The notes under the pieces: model-generated
Database searches by the model: none
What the model was told of the DNA's origin: nothing
Seen by the model: the letters and a program-made list of their open reading frames with translations, nothing else
In this document: positions 51,451 to 63,534 of the stretch, in pieces
Numbering within the stretch: the first letter of the stretch is position 1
How the letters are laid out: each line of letters starts with the position of its first letter
Position numbers and translations under genes: made by a program
Assembly: GCA_046563655.1 (NCBI GenBank)
Contig: CM102286.1
Span: 558,001 to 622,000 of the forward strand
Length of the DNA: 64,000 nt
Direction: 5' to 3'
Source of the DNA: Yuukianura sp. NJ FZ-2021
Lineage: Eukaryota

Positions 51451-52154
51451 AATGGCGTGCTTTGGATTCAATCACAATAGCCTCGGATAGCAAAATTCTA
51501 ACGGCGATCCGTATAGTAAATCGGTCAGGAAGCCAAATCTCCGAAAAAAATCGGTTTATTCCTGATGCTCTTTCAGGAAAGAAAGTTTCTGCTACTCATT
51601 TAATTTAATTCACGTCCATATTGTACTTTTAAAATTATGCGTGATAAAAACAAGATATTTGTTCTTATAAATGGAGACCACAATTAAACGATTGAGATCA
51701 AAATTATATCTAGTCTTTTCCTGACGCGTTGCACGAAATTCTACAAACGTACATATTCTAGTAATTTTCTAACTTCAAATATGCAAAGAAAAAAATTGGC
51801 AAAAAAATGTTTTTTTAAAAAACGGGCATTTGCGCTGGTGACAATAATGGTCCTGAAACGAGTTCAATTTGCAATCAAGGATATTGTTGGACTTACGCTA
51901 AGTTGGATTTCCGTTAGCAATGTTAGATTAGATAAAAATAAAAGACAAGTTTCGTTTATCAATTTTTCGGAAAACTACTATTTTGCACTTCAGGCTTACA
52001 TTTCGGGGCCTAATCGCTGAGATAAGGTCAGACGGCTGAATTTTACGAGTCGCTTTAGAGATGGATATAAATGCAAATCATTTCCGTAAATCTGGAATAC
52101 ACGTCCCGTTATATCATTGTTCAAAAACTAAAGCAATAAAGACCCTCCTCAACA

Positions 52155-52609
52155 ATGACCATCAGGTTCACCATCCTCCTTTTGGCATTATTCGCTCTCC
52201 TTGGCTCCAGCTACGGTAGGGTAACACAACAAAGTTTCATATTTAATCCGACTTTGCAAATGTGTGTATTTATTAACTAAGTTTTTTCCGAACAGGACTG
52301 CAATGCTACCTTTGCTCCTCAGGACAATGTCCGGAAGTACCAACTGATGCCACTGTCCATACTTGTGCAATGGCCACTGAAGGCTGGGGCTGCTGGAAAA
52401 GTTTCCGAGAAACTGACGACGGTGTCGAGACGGGTATAAGCCGTGCGTGCGGTATGGTACTTGACCAATTGGTAGACGAGTGCGAAACATCATTTGGCAT
52501 TACAACTTGTTACTGCCGAGGAGATTTATGCAACAGTGCTTCATCCGTGACTCTCAATGTCGCTATGGCAATTGCACCACTCCTTGCATGTCTTAAATAC
52601 TACTTGTAA
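52155..52609 (+). CDS. Ly6/uPAR three-finger protein, probably GPI-anchored, copy 2
   Basis: Signal exon 52155-52215 plus exon 52296-52609. LQCYLC...CYCRGDLCNSASSVTLNVAMA, with a tail nearly identical to copy 1. Confidence 0.88.
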
Positions 52610-53289
52610 AAATAATTCTACTATAATAAACCACTACAACCAACCCAAATCCATTATTAGTCTGTTGTAATTTACCTAAAAAATGTAAATAATAAAAGAG
52701 GCATACCTATAGGGATCAATAAAACAAAAAAGAATGAATAGACTTGAATTATATCATCGTATTCAACACAATCTTGTAGTTAGTAGGCATAAAATTTGAG
52801 TGAAGCTTTCATTTTCCAAAGTCGAGTTTATTGTGTCAATGCTTTACAGGGGAAATGCTGGTGACCTTGAGGCTCAATTTTCGGTTGTATTTTTGATGCG
52901 CAATTTTATTTATCAAACTGTCATAAGTTACACCAATTACTTTGTAGATAGAAGGGAATAAAATTCCAAAATCAGTTCTTTTACTATGAACTACACTTCT
53001 ATCAAAATTTGGTGGTAAAGTGCTAAAAAAAAACTTTGGAAGTTTCCGAAGACCTACTATGAGTTCTTTTATTTTTCTATAACAAAAATCCTGAAACATT
53101 AGAGCATAGAAATAATTACGAAAAATAAGAAAGTTGAGCTTGGAATTGATGTGAGAATTACTTGGCTACGGAGATTCAGACGTTTTCAGAAATATTTCCC
53201 GTTTTTTAGGGTAACCACACAAGGTAAATAGAATATTACTAGGTAGTGCGGATAGAAAGTTTGTTTGGTTGCCATGTGGAAAAAAAAAA

Positions 53290-53430
53290 TGACGTCACCC
53301 GCTGAAAAATACCGGAATTCTGCGTATTAATGATGGTGTCCTATAGAAACCCGCAACCCGCATCTTGTTTACATAGATGCCAGCGGGTTAAAATATCACG
53401 ATTACGGTATTTTTTCAGCTGGTGACGTCA
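53290..53430. repeat. Inverted repeat with ~29-bp arms carrying TGACGTCA
   Basis: TGACGTCACCCGCTGAAAAATACCGGAAT versus ATTACGGTATTTTTTCAGCTGGTGACGTCA. Confidence 0.65.
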
Positions 53431-53741
53431 CAAACAAAAAATTGCGTTGGTTGCTAATGGTGCTGATTGCAGGGGGCTGGTATTGAGCTCGATTTTTGTA
53501 ACAAAAGTCCAAAAAATAGAATGTGCAAACTGTTACGGAAAACGAAAATTTCACCTTGGAATTGACTTGAAAGTTACTTAGCAAAGGACAGAGTTCTGTA
53601 ATTCATATATCCCACAGTTTCCAATATACTTTCACGTTTTTAGAAGAAGATTATTAACTTCTTATTATAAAAATAATTATTTTCAACATAAAAGATTTTG
53701 TTTTTATTTCACAAAGTATTTGGGCTGTTAGTGTATGATGT

Positions 53742-54218
53742 TTAGTTGATATATCTGACTCTGATTCTAATGTTACTGTCTCCACGCTTTCCAAATGTGA
53801 GTGTGCTTTGTTCACTGCGATCACTCAGAAATTGGGCCACAGTGCTTTCGATTTCACCAATTGTGTCATCCCGCTCCAGAGTCTCTTCGTCGTACAAATG
53901 AAACTTGATTCTGCAATTGTCTCGAACGTTGGCAAACTAAACATGTCCAAAATTTTCAAATAATTTTTCAAAGCTTCAGTTTTTTTTTTTGAATCTTACC
54001 CGATGCGACCAGTTCCAAACGGGATTGAGGCTACTGCGGATCGTCTGTGTTCTTTCTTTCTGATTACACACAGTGACACTCATGTAAGCATCAGTTGAAA
54101 ACGTATCCATCCGTCTCACTCTCCCACCAATAACTTCCACTAGCAAATCTCTACCAAATGCACCGTAGATGTTGCAGGCAAACAACAACGCTCCAAAGAT
54201 CAAAATTTTGGAATCCAT
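53742..54218 (-). CDS. Secreted stand-alone C2-domain protein (137 aa)
   Basis: Exons 54218-54000 and 53936-53742. Signal MDSKILIFGALLFACNIYGAFG, then C2 motifs MDTFSTDAY, RTQTIRSSLNPVWN and LYDEETLERDDTIGE. Confidence 0.85.
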
Positions 54219-54866
54219 TTTTAAATTTTTAGACACCAAAGAGCAAATGAAGAAACCTTTTGTGAAAAATTTGGAAAGAGACGTGGGTTTTATTTAAGAT
54301 GTTTTGAGTGAGTGTAAATTAGTTGTTTAACTAACCCTGATTATGACCAATTAACATTTGAATTCCAAGAACAAAAGCTTTAGCACAAAGTTGAGTAGAA
54401 TTTTAAGTGTGCGAAATAAATTAGCTTAAATTAACGTCAATTGACCACTCACAAGTAAGCTGACAGCTAAAAAAACAAGTTCTCGTTGAACTTGGAATTT
54501 TTAAAAAATTTTACATAAAAATTCGTTTAACACATTCGATTCCAAAAAAAAAAACATAATTCGACTATGAAACACGAAATTCTTAGAACGTAATTAACAC
54601 TGGAAATTCAAGTTTATATTAACTCTGTTTATTTGTTTCACCATTTTTTTAAACATTAGTGAAAGGTTGAAACATTTTTTGGAAATAAACTACATAAATT
54701 TTAACCCAGCCCGCGTCAAGCAGATTTAAATTTTAGGCTTATTTTTCATTTTGTTTAGTTTTTCATAATTTTCTTTTCAAAGTTTTGGATTAGTAAATTT
54801 TTAATTTTTGAATCAGTTAGCATTACAGTGATTTTGCTTGAGGAAATGTTGCAAAATTTTCCCGCT

Positions 54867-55132
54867 TCACTTTCTGCCAACGCAAGTCCATCTCCCGTTT
54901 GACCAACTACAAGATGGCGGAGTGTTGCATCCGGTACAACCATTTTGGTCACATTGGCACTGACCTTTGAAATTTTAAATTTTGAAATATTGGTTTTTGT
55001 AATTCTAAGAAATTTCATTATTTGAGAATGTAAGTTTGACCTATGACCTTTACCTTCTACTTCGTAGACCACTGAAGTCAAAACAACAAGAGCCACAACA
55101 AATAAAACTAAAAATCGGTGTACAAATGACAT
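54867..55132 (-). CDS. Secreted 6-Cys peptide B (58-aa precursor; predicted mature QCQCDQNGCTGCNTPPSCSWSNGRWTCV-amide)
   Basis: Exons 55132-55054 and 54964-54867, with the same intron position as peptide A. Ends GRK*. TATA at ~55223. Confidence 0.88.
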
Positions 55133-55591
55133 CGTGTGTTTTTAACTTGAGTTTTGAGAAATCAAAATAAGGAAAGTGTAAATATCAAAATTGGATTAAG
55201 CTGTTTGCATTTTGGAAGTGTATTTATACCAAGACATTACGCTGACGACGATAACTGATGACGATACCGCCGTGACCTACCGTATGACGTCTGTGTAGGT
55301 CTGTTTACCTGAACTTTGCATTTTTAACGAAACTTTACATGAAAATTCCATTAACACAGTCGATTCTAGAAACAAACAACACGTCATTCGTAGAACGTAA
55401 TTAACACTGGAAATTCAAGTTTATAATTAAAAATGTTTCAAGACTTTTTCATCAATTAAACCTGTTTTCATTCACATACCAAGTTTTTATATAACCAAGT
55501 TTTCACTAACCTACTAATTTTTTTTTTTTTTTTCAGACTCAGTTGTTTTTATTTCTGTTTTGGGTTCTACCTAATGCTTTTTTTTGTGGTT

Positions 55592-57132
55592 CTACATTCT
55601 TTGTATTTTGAATTTTCCTTTCCAACTAACAAGGAATGACATCGTGATGTTTGCTAAAACATGGAGACTAACAAAGCTATTACGTCGAAATTCAATAAAA
55701 TTCGTCACTTTGATCGTCAGAGGGCGCAAAGTACGCCACTTTCTGCCAAGGACTTTGTTTGTGCCAAAGTTAGTTTCACCCCACGTCAGAAATTGAACTC
55801 CTCTTTGGTAAAATCCGGAGACCAACTGCAAAAACATTACTTCGAGTGTTGCGTAAGCAAATAGTATAGCAGAAGCTACCACATAAAGTGAAGAAGTTGT
55901 GTTTTCTACTTTGACTAGAACAAAAGTAAGCAAACAATTTGCAAGGGTCGACACCACAAAGGCGTAAGTGGCAAGCATTTGGTATGCTTCCAGGGCAACT
56001 CGATGAGTCAAGGTGAATTCAATGTATCTCGAATATGCAATTCGCGCGATGTGTAGTTTCAACCTCCAGCCCAAGTCCGAATTCAGTTTGGCTCTACGCA
56101 AAACATAAATTTTTAAGCTAATTTGTAGTATTTTCTGAAATCTATGCATGCATAACTTTTTGATGTATAACATATTCATGCACAACATATTCATACATAA
56201 GATTACCATAGCATATCCTTGCATTGCATATTTTTTGTCTTACATTAAATGCCGTATTGCTTCTGCAACAAAGGTCATGTACTCGCCCCATAAGATAGTT
56301 TGAACTTGTAATATTGTTGTACACACAACGTTGAAATGTCCATCAAGGAACAGAAGAAAACCAAGCACAAATTTTGAAACTTTTTTTGAAAAAGTTGGAT
56401 ATAGCACAAGGATTTGTTCTGGATCCAAAACAGACTGAAAGAGTTGAATTCCAGCAGCAATATACAGCCCTACCATAAGCAAATCCTGTAACAATACTCC
56501 GTATTGAACGGATTTATTCTTCCCGTTTGCACGACCTAAAATTTCAAACAAAAGCTTTCACGAATAAAGGGGAAGGCCCAAAGTCCATAAGAAAGCGTCC
56601 TTGGTGGTATTTGGATGAAATTTTTACCAGTTGTTAGGGCCAATACTGGCATCATATTTGCAAATTTTCAGCCCCCCAGAAACGATAGGTCAGGGGTAAC
56701 TCGGGGTCAAAGGTCACTATGTCATCTTATGACGACCCCATGCAAGTAGCATATCGTTGGAACGGGCTTGGTCTCCTGATTCAGAAAATGTATATATGTT
56801 GATGTCTACGACGTAAGGCGACAAAGTTACTGCATATAACAAGTCGCAGTTGAAAATTGGAGATCGAGTGCGACATGGGTTTCAAAATTAAAGTCGCCGT
56901 AACTTTTCCCGGTAATTAGTTCGAATCTTTTCAAAATTTTGTTCCACTTAAACGGTAAAATTCTCCAAACATTTCCAATCCCAATGATGAGCTGAAGGCG
57001 TTGCAAACTCGTTCGGTTTACGTACAAGTGCCTCAAAATTTTAAGTTTTTGTACAAATTTAGATTGAAATGAACACCTCCAACGTCTACTTTTTTGATGA
57101 AATTCACTTTTTCGCTTCAGTTTGGTTTCCAT
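55592..57132 (-). pseudogene. GR/OR-like 7TM paralog, first exon apparently truncated by a repeat-like insertion
   Basis: Exons 56535-56244 and 56093-55592 are intact with the same intron phases as 42755-44046 (RTLRPLTIKV tail). Exon 1 (GNVWRILPFKWN) stops at 56827 with no obvious phase-1 donor, and ~56550-56860 looks like a non-coding repeat. Confidence 0.55.
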
Positions 57133-57488
57133 CGGAGCAGCTTCGACTTTACTCAAATATGTAAAACTTCGACTTTAGATTTCTGAAGAATGCCGGAGAA
57201 TTTTGGTCCGAAGTATTTCAAATGTGGGTAAGTCAACCACTTTGCATAGTGTACATTTTCAACTCGTGAGCCTTAAATTTGTTTGCTTAAAAACAAGCTC
57301 ATGTCCAAAAAACGTAAAAGAGGTCGAACTTTACTCTTTTTGATTGAAATAGATTATATTCAAAAGTCAAAAGGTGGATTTAGCCTCCCAAATTACACTC
57401 AAAGAGGTTTGTATTTGTTAAACATCCATATCATACAGACGTTTATTTTTTATGCGCAATTGCTAAAATGACATTGAACTTTTGTCAA

Positions 57489-57710
57489 GGCGGAATCCAG
57501 GCTTACCCCAGCACCGCTTCCGTGCCGTTTCATCAATTGGATTTTGTCAACACCTATTGCATCAACTGAATTGTATCAAATGCCATTGCATCAACTCAAT
57601 TAAACATTTCACACGCTGACACATTTAGCCGTGTACACAATTGACCAGTTGACACAATTCGGTTGATACAACGACAGTTGATACAGTTGAGACAATGGTA
57701 AGCTTTCGCC
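57489..57710. mobile_element. Degenerate foldback-like MITE remnant
   Basis: Ends GGCGGAA..GCTTACC and GGTAAGC..TTCGCC. The left half has ATCAAC/GTCAAC subrepeats and the right half has GTTGA(T/C)AC. No TSD seen. Confidence 0.5.
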
Positions 57711-58162
57711 CAAAACCTAGCACAGATAGTTTAGTTTAGCTAAGATTTACATTATGCTGTAAATTAGTGAATCAATAAGAAATTAGTGAACTAAAATCTT
57801 AAGTAAAGGAGCGAAAATGAACTGAATTGAAATGTGCGCTGGTTTTCGAGGCTTAAAATGTTTGAGAATGCTCAATAGGATGCAGGAGCTTCTGTTGCTT
57901 TCACTTTCCAAACGTCCTGACTTTCACCAAGGCATTCCGTGTCTCTCTCCCGTTGTCAAGTCTTTCAGTGCTGTTCCAAAGTTCAAGCCAGTCGAACCAA
58001 ACATCTTCTCCATTTGTTAGTTCAATAGACATGACGATTCTGGTTTCTATTTGTACCACATTGGTTTTTCTAAATTTGAAGTTAAATTCAAGGACGATTG
58101 GAAATTAAATGAAAACCAAAATAAAAGCAGTGAAAGTTTAGGGAAGTGAAACTGACTAAACC

Positions 58163-61100
58163 ATGCGTGTGTGTAGGTGCGGCAATATTTTTTGTAATGT
58201 GAAGATACTTTTTGTCTTATTTTGGATGAATCTCTGGATCAACCTTCATAATACTGCCGGAGTCAACGCCAATTTCAATTTTTATTTGGATAGGCGGGAA
58301 TTTCAAAAATTGCATGGTAAGAACAGAGTAAAGAATCATAGCATTTCAATCGCACGAAAACAATAAGCGCCAATTCAGAATGTTTCCTTGGTTCATTGTT
58401 CCCAAACTTATGAAAATAGCGTCATTTTGGTTAAAGGAAAAACTAAACCTTTTAAATTAATTTTAACTTTTGTGGTTTTCGCGGTGAAAAAAAATTTACG
58501 ACGAATTAAATTTCATGAAAAATGGAAATTCACGTCATTTTTTTTTGTTTTTCTTGAAGTTCTTGAAACATGTAGGGATTTGTAAAAAGCGAGAGAGATC
58601 TCAGCATGACTTTGTTTATAACTTCCGGAATTCGGGTGAAAGTTAAATGAGCTTCCTTCAGAACAGACTTTCCAAATGGGATGTAATTCTACGAAGATTG
58701 GAAGAAACGGGTTACGAAGCATAGCCATCACCATGACAACGCCCAGAACTCCTGCTGATGTCATTTACTTTCTCCACCCAACTTTCACCCTTTCCCAGCC
58801 CATGAACACAAATGTCAAATACCTTGTCTTACTCCTGTTGTTGACATTTTTTTATTATACTTTAGCCGTCTTATTGCCCTCCCAAGACTCCTGCTGCTCC
58901 AAAACTATGATACTTTTACTTTTTTGCTTTTACTTTCTCTTTTCTGCCTCAAACCTGTTTCTTAAACCTAACTAGCCTAACATAACCTAACTTAGAGTAT
59001 ATAATTCTTATCACATTTGCCAACCACACTTCACTTCCTTGTGACCTCACCACGTCCAACTTTTAGTTCCAGAGAAAGCAAGCGAGAGAAAGTAAAAACA
59101 AGAAATTTGGAAGCTTGTTTCTGCTTCTTACGGTTTCTTAAGTTTCTTCACCACCAACCAATTTCTCCGAAATTGTGAAAGTTGTGAAAACCTTGTTTTC
59201 TTTTGTGAAAACTTACTTTCTTGTCCATTATTTTGAACTGCACTCGAGCTTTCCAGTTAGCACGTTCGGAAGTAAAAAGCTTGTTTGAGAAAGTAAAATG
59301 AGTGAAAAGCTTCCTTCTACTTGATTATGTCACACTTTCTTAGGAAAAAAAGAAAAAGTAGACTAAGTTTTTCTCGTTTCTCGGAGATTACTTTCTCTTG
59401 TGTTTGCAGACTTCAGTCTAGAAAAAGTGAAATTAACAGGCTTGAGTTTTTATTTGTTTTGTTTTCTTATAATTTGAGTTCTGAATCATTTTCCATTTCG
59501 GAGAAATCTCATCTAAAAGTTTGCAGTTTGCCTTGGAGCGACAGAGTTGTCACGTTTTGATAAAGTATTGCTCAGAGTGACTACAAATCCAATTAAAGTC
59601 GATGCGGCAAGAGCTATTTGATGAGATTTCATTTAACATTTTCTCAAGTTTCAACTTGGAAGTAGAAGCAAAAGCTCCTTTTCCTCTTCGGTGGCTACAA
59701 TAATTTGAAGCGGAGATTTAATTGGATTATGACACAAAAATCAAATTAATATGCTCAACAGTGAACTCTCGCTTTTAAGCAAGAGAGACCAAAAGATTGA
59801 GCTGTGCGCCACGCGTCTCTAAAGTTTCGCTGAAATCATGAAAGTGTGAAACTGGAATTATGAAAGTTCTTGATGAAAGTTTATTAAGCGAAGGCAGGTT
59901 TCGAAATAATTTTTGTAACTTTTAATGCGACAGAAGCGTTTGAAGTGTCAGAGAGTTTGGATTTCAACATTTGAATTCTTTCACAACAAAAACTTCAAAT
60001 GTGCAAGAAAATAATCAAAAAGTGAAATTTCTGTGGGTGGTTCAGAGTTAATTAGAAATTTTTATAATGATGCTATCTTTTTTCATTTTTGTTATCGAAA
60101 TTATCTTTTCAATTTTCGAAGTGAATCTTATCTGCTTTCATTTTTGGAGTCAAGGTTTGTTGAGTTCTTTCTCTTTTTTTTGAAAAATAGAAAAATGCTT
60201 TGACCTGCATAAAATGTGGTTTGAACTTTTAAATTTAGTTGTCAGGGCATGACAGTTGAAGAAAGAAAGTCGGAAGTACGGTGGGTGAGTGCAGTTAGGG
60301 AATGAAATTGAGTTCAAAAGTGAAAACTGGCGGAAAATAATTTTCTGTCCAGAACAAAGCGGAGCACAACTCTAATTGGTATTCTGCTCGCAAAGAAACT
60401 AAGGGCAAACCGTCTTTCCTTCTGCTTTCACCGCTTTTTCCTTGTAAGATGAAACTAGTTCTGTTTTTACCTTTACGTTTAACACAGAACGAGTAAAAAA
60501 AAAAAAACTTTGTGCCCTCCAAATCCAATCTCAAACGAAATAGAAAAACGTTCTCATTTTCTTTTGTCTTTGTAGGTACAAAATTTCTGAAAAGAAAAGT
60601 GGTAGGGCAGGAGGAATTGAATTTCGAGTCCACTTTGGGCTATTTCTGCACTTTCACGCCACTTTTACTGAACTTACTTTCACTTAAACTTTGTCTTCAA
60701 CTTTTCCCGGGTTCTTCCTCCGCAATTATCACCTTCTGCCCATAACCACTTTTGGCCATTTAACTTTCTCCACGACTTTAACTTTTTTTTACTAAAACTG
60801 CACACAGGAGACCCATTCACAGTCTCATCATCTTTTTGAAAAAATTTAAAAATTCGCTCTTTTTAGCACTTTGGCTCCTCATTCGATTTTTTTTCAAATT
60901 ATTTGATGTAAAAGTTTCACGAGCTAGAAATTTTGAAATTCAGGTTTTCTGAGTCATATGTTGGATTCAGAAAAATTTTAAAAAGCGAAACTTTTTTTTA
61001 CTTTGTCAGCTGCTTTTTCCCTTCATTTCAAAATTAAAAGTTTTAATTTTGTGGCCAGAGACGAAGCATGTAGGGGCGGTTTGATCGCTTTTTGTTTGAA

Positions 61101-62326
61101 GTTTGGATTAGTTTTTGTTAGGATTCGTGAAAATCCTGTTCAGCCGGAAATTTAAATAGCGCTTCATTCAAAATTCAAATGGAAAGCGGGCAGGAAAAGA
61201 AGAACAATGGTGAAAGCTGCTTTCTCCAGCACAACTCTAATCCGCTTCCCCAACTGCCCTTAATTGATTCAAATAAATGCACAGCTTATTTTCATTAATC
61301 CATATGAATGAGTTCACAGCCCAACCTTCAACATGCTCAAAAACAGTTTCAAAATTTCCCAAGAAAATGTTCAGTTTCAAACTTTTAATTTACATTTAAC
61401 ATTTTTTACTTTTCCTGTCCACATTGTCTAGTTTCTTTTTACTTTCATGTTCATTGTCTACAAAACAAGACCGTAAAACATGAGAAATTGAAAAAAAAGT
61501 CGAAAATTTTAAAAATTGTTTGTTTCCCGCCTTAACTAAAATTGATAGTTTTGCTAACTTGACTTTTTGTCAGTGGTGTTTTGGTCTTCTAGGAATTCCA
61601 AAGTTATTCATGTTGAGCTCAACATGTTTAAGTTAGTTTTACTTTAGGTTTACATTAGGTTTTTGGAAGAAAAGGACTTGTTAAATTATTCACACGTTTT
61701 CTAAAGAAAATCGGCCTCCTGGGAGAGTCAGTTGGAGGTGTGCTTACAAAACGTTTTTGCTTAGACACTTTCCTCGTGGTTTCCCCATTTCCTCGCTTCA
61801 GTGTAATCATTTCCTCAAATTCCCATTATTAAAGTTGATCGAAATTCTGTTCACTCCTTTTCCATTTTCTCCTGTTTACATTCCGTTTTTCAAATACACC
61901 TCCAGGCTCATCGGAAATGGAAAACCACTTGCTCCCGCTCCTAAATTATTAATTTCACAAAACCCTCCCAGCAAAAACTCACTTTTCAAAATTCCCTCCC
62001 TTTTCGGTATTGATTAAAATCAGTTTTTCAATTTTAATCGATTTTGAACTCCAAAAACACGAAATAGTTTCGAGGTCGCTTTCTCCTCAAGAATTTGCGT
62101 CAGATATAAAATAACTTTAATTTTGATGAAATGCTTTAAAACTTACTTGACATGACCTTTGACCTTTGAAATGACCTTTGACTTTTTGAATTTCCTAGGA
62201 ATCTCTTCAGATATTTACTACGTTCGAGAGGGCGTGGTCAACGAGTACGCCACTTCATTTCTGGTGACGGTGCCCGCAGAAGTGGATGATCTCAACTTTT
62301 CATGGCAAGCTCTCACCAAACGACCA
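58163..62326 (+). CDS. Second RYK/Derailed-family paralog, first two coding exons (continues past the window)
   Basis: Exon 58163-58316 (signal, then NFNFYLDRREFQKLHG) and exon 62199-62326 (ISSDIYYVREGVVNEYATSFLVTVPAEVDDLNFSWQ). Exon 2 is 128 nt, the same as in the first RYK gene. Confidence 0.85.
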
Positions 62327-63534
62327 GTAAGTTTCACTTTTCAAAAAAAAACTGAAAGTTTTCAAAGTCAAATGCACAAAACAAACAAACTTTGTTTCCG
62401 CGGCTCTTTTTTCGAAAGGGGAGAAAACTTATTAAAACTTTGTTTCGCCCCAGGTTAGGCAGCAGAAGAAGTAAAAGTTGAAGATCCGTTTCTAATTACA
62501 AAACAGCAGGAAACGCTGTTGCTAAGCAACAACAAGCTTTTACTTGCTTCCTCTTTTCTTTAAAGTGAGTATGCGCAGCTCCATTCATCTTAATTAAAAG
62601 TGACACGATTAATTTTGGTGAAAGACTTTTCGATTGAGAGGGAGAAAGTGGGATTTTCATTGCCAATGTTTCTATTCAAGAAACTTTTTATTTGAAAAGA
62701 AGGACATTGATTGGACAGTCACAGTAGGTGGGCCAGTTGCCAAAATTAGTTTTTTTCAGAAAACTCTTCAAAAAAGACTTTTTTGAAATGAAAAACCAAA
62801 AATTGAAAAAGTCATTTCGGGTGGATCTGGAGCCAATTTGAGTTTAGAGTAATTTTGAGTCTGGCGACTTCCAGCAGTGACATTATTATATTCGAGGACA
62901 AAGGAAAGAGAAAATTGATGATGACGGTGGGGCGGTGGTGGGGCAGAGTTATGGTGGGGCGTGGTGGGGCGAAAGCAAAGTTGGGCATGTCAAGTTTTTT
63001 AAGTTTTGTCTTTCCATTGTTTTCAAAATTTTGAGACAAGTTTTATAGAAACAAAGAGATGACAAATTTAAGCTTCGGTGTCTGTCCTGCCCTGATAACT
63101 TTTTCTGATAAATGGACGTGACAAAAAGGCTCCGTGTATTTTTTTTAGAAAAAAAAGTTTTTAAAAACTCACTTTTTTGAAAATGATAGACTCCTGGAGG
63201 AAGAAACTAAAAATTTGAAACTTTCCCGGGATTTTGGTGTAGGCTAGTCCGAGATTTGGGGAAGGGGATTTATGCCTAGTAATTAGTCACTAGAAAAGTG
63301 GTAGTTTTTTTTTAATTTTAGTGTTTGAACACCACTTTCAAATTTTTCTCCCAGCCAAAACCATAACTTTTAAAATGTCACACTCTTTTCTCCTTCAAAA
63401 TCACATTCTAAGCCACACTTATTTTTAATTATACTCAAGCACGCACATAACCTAACAATTTTGAAAATAACTACAACGATTTTGACATTTTCAAAATCAA
63501 AACAAAACCTCTTTCTCAAAAATTGAGTTCAAGG

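Noticed and set aside
54755..55132. 125-aa ORF as listed in the track
   Set aside because: It reads through an intron. The spliced 58-aa product is supported by the paralog at 48371-48630.
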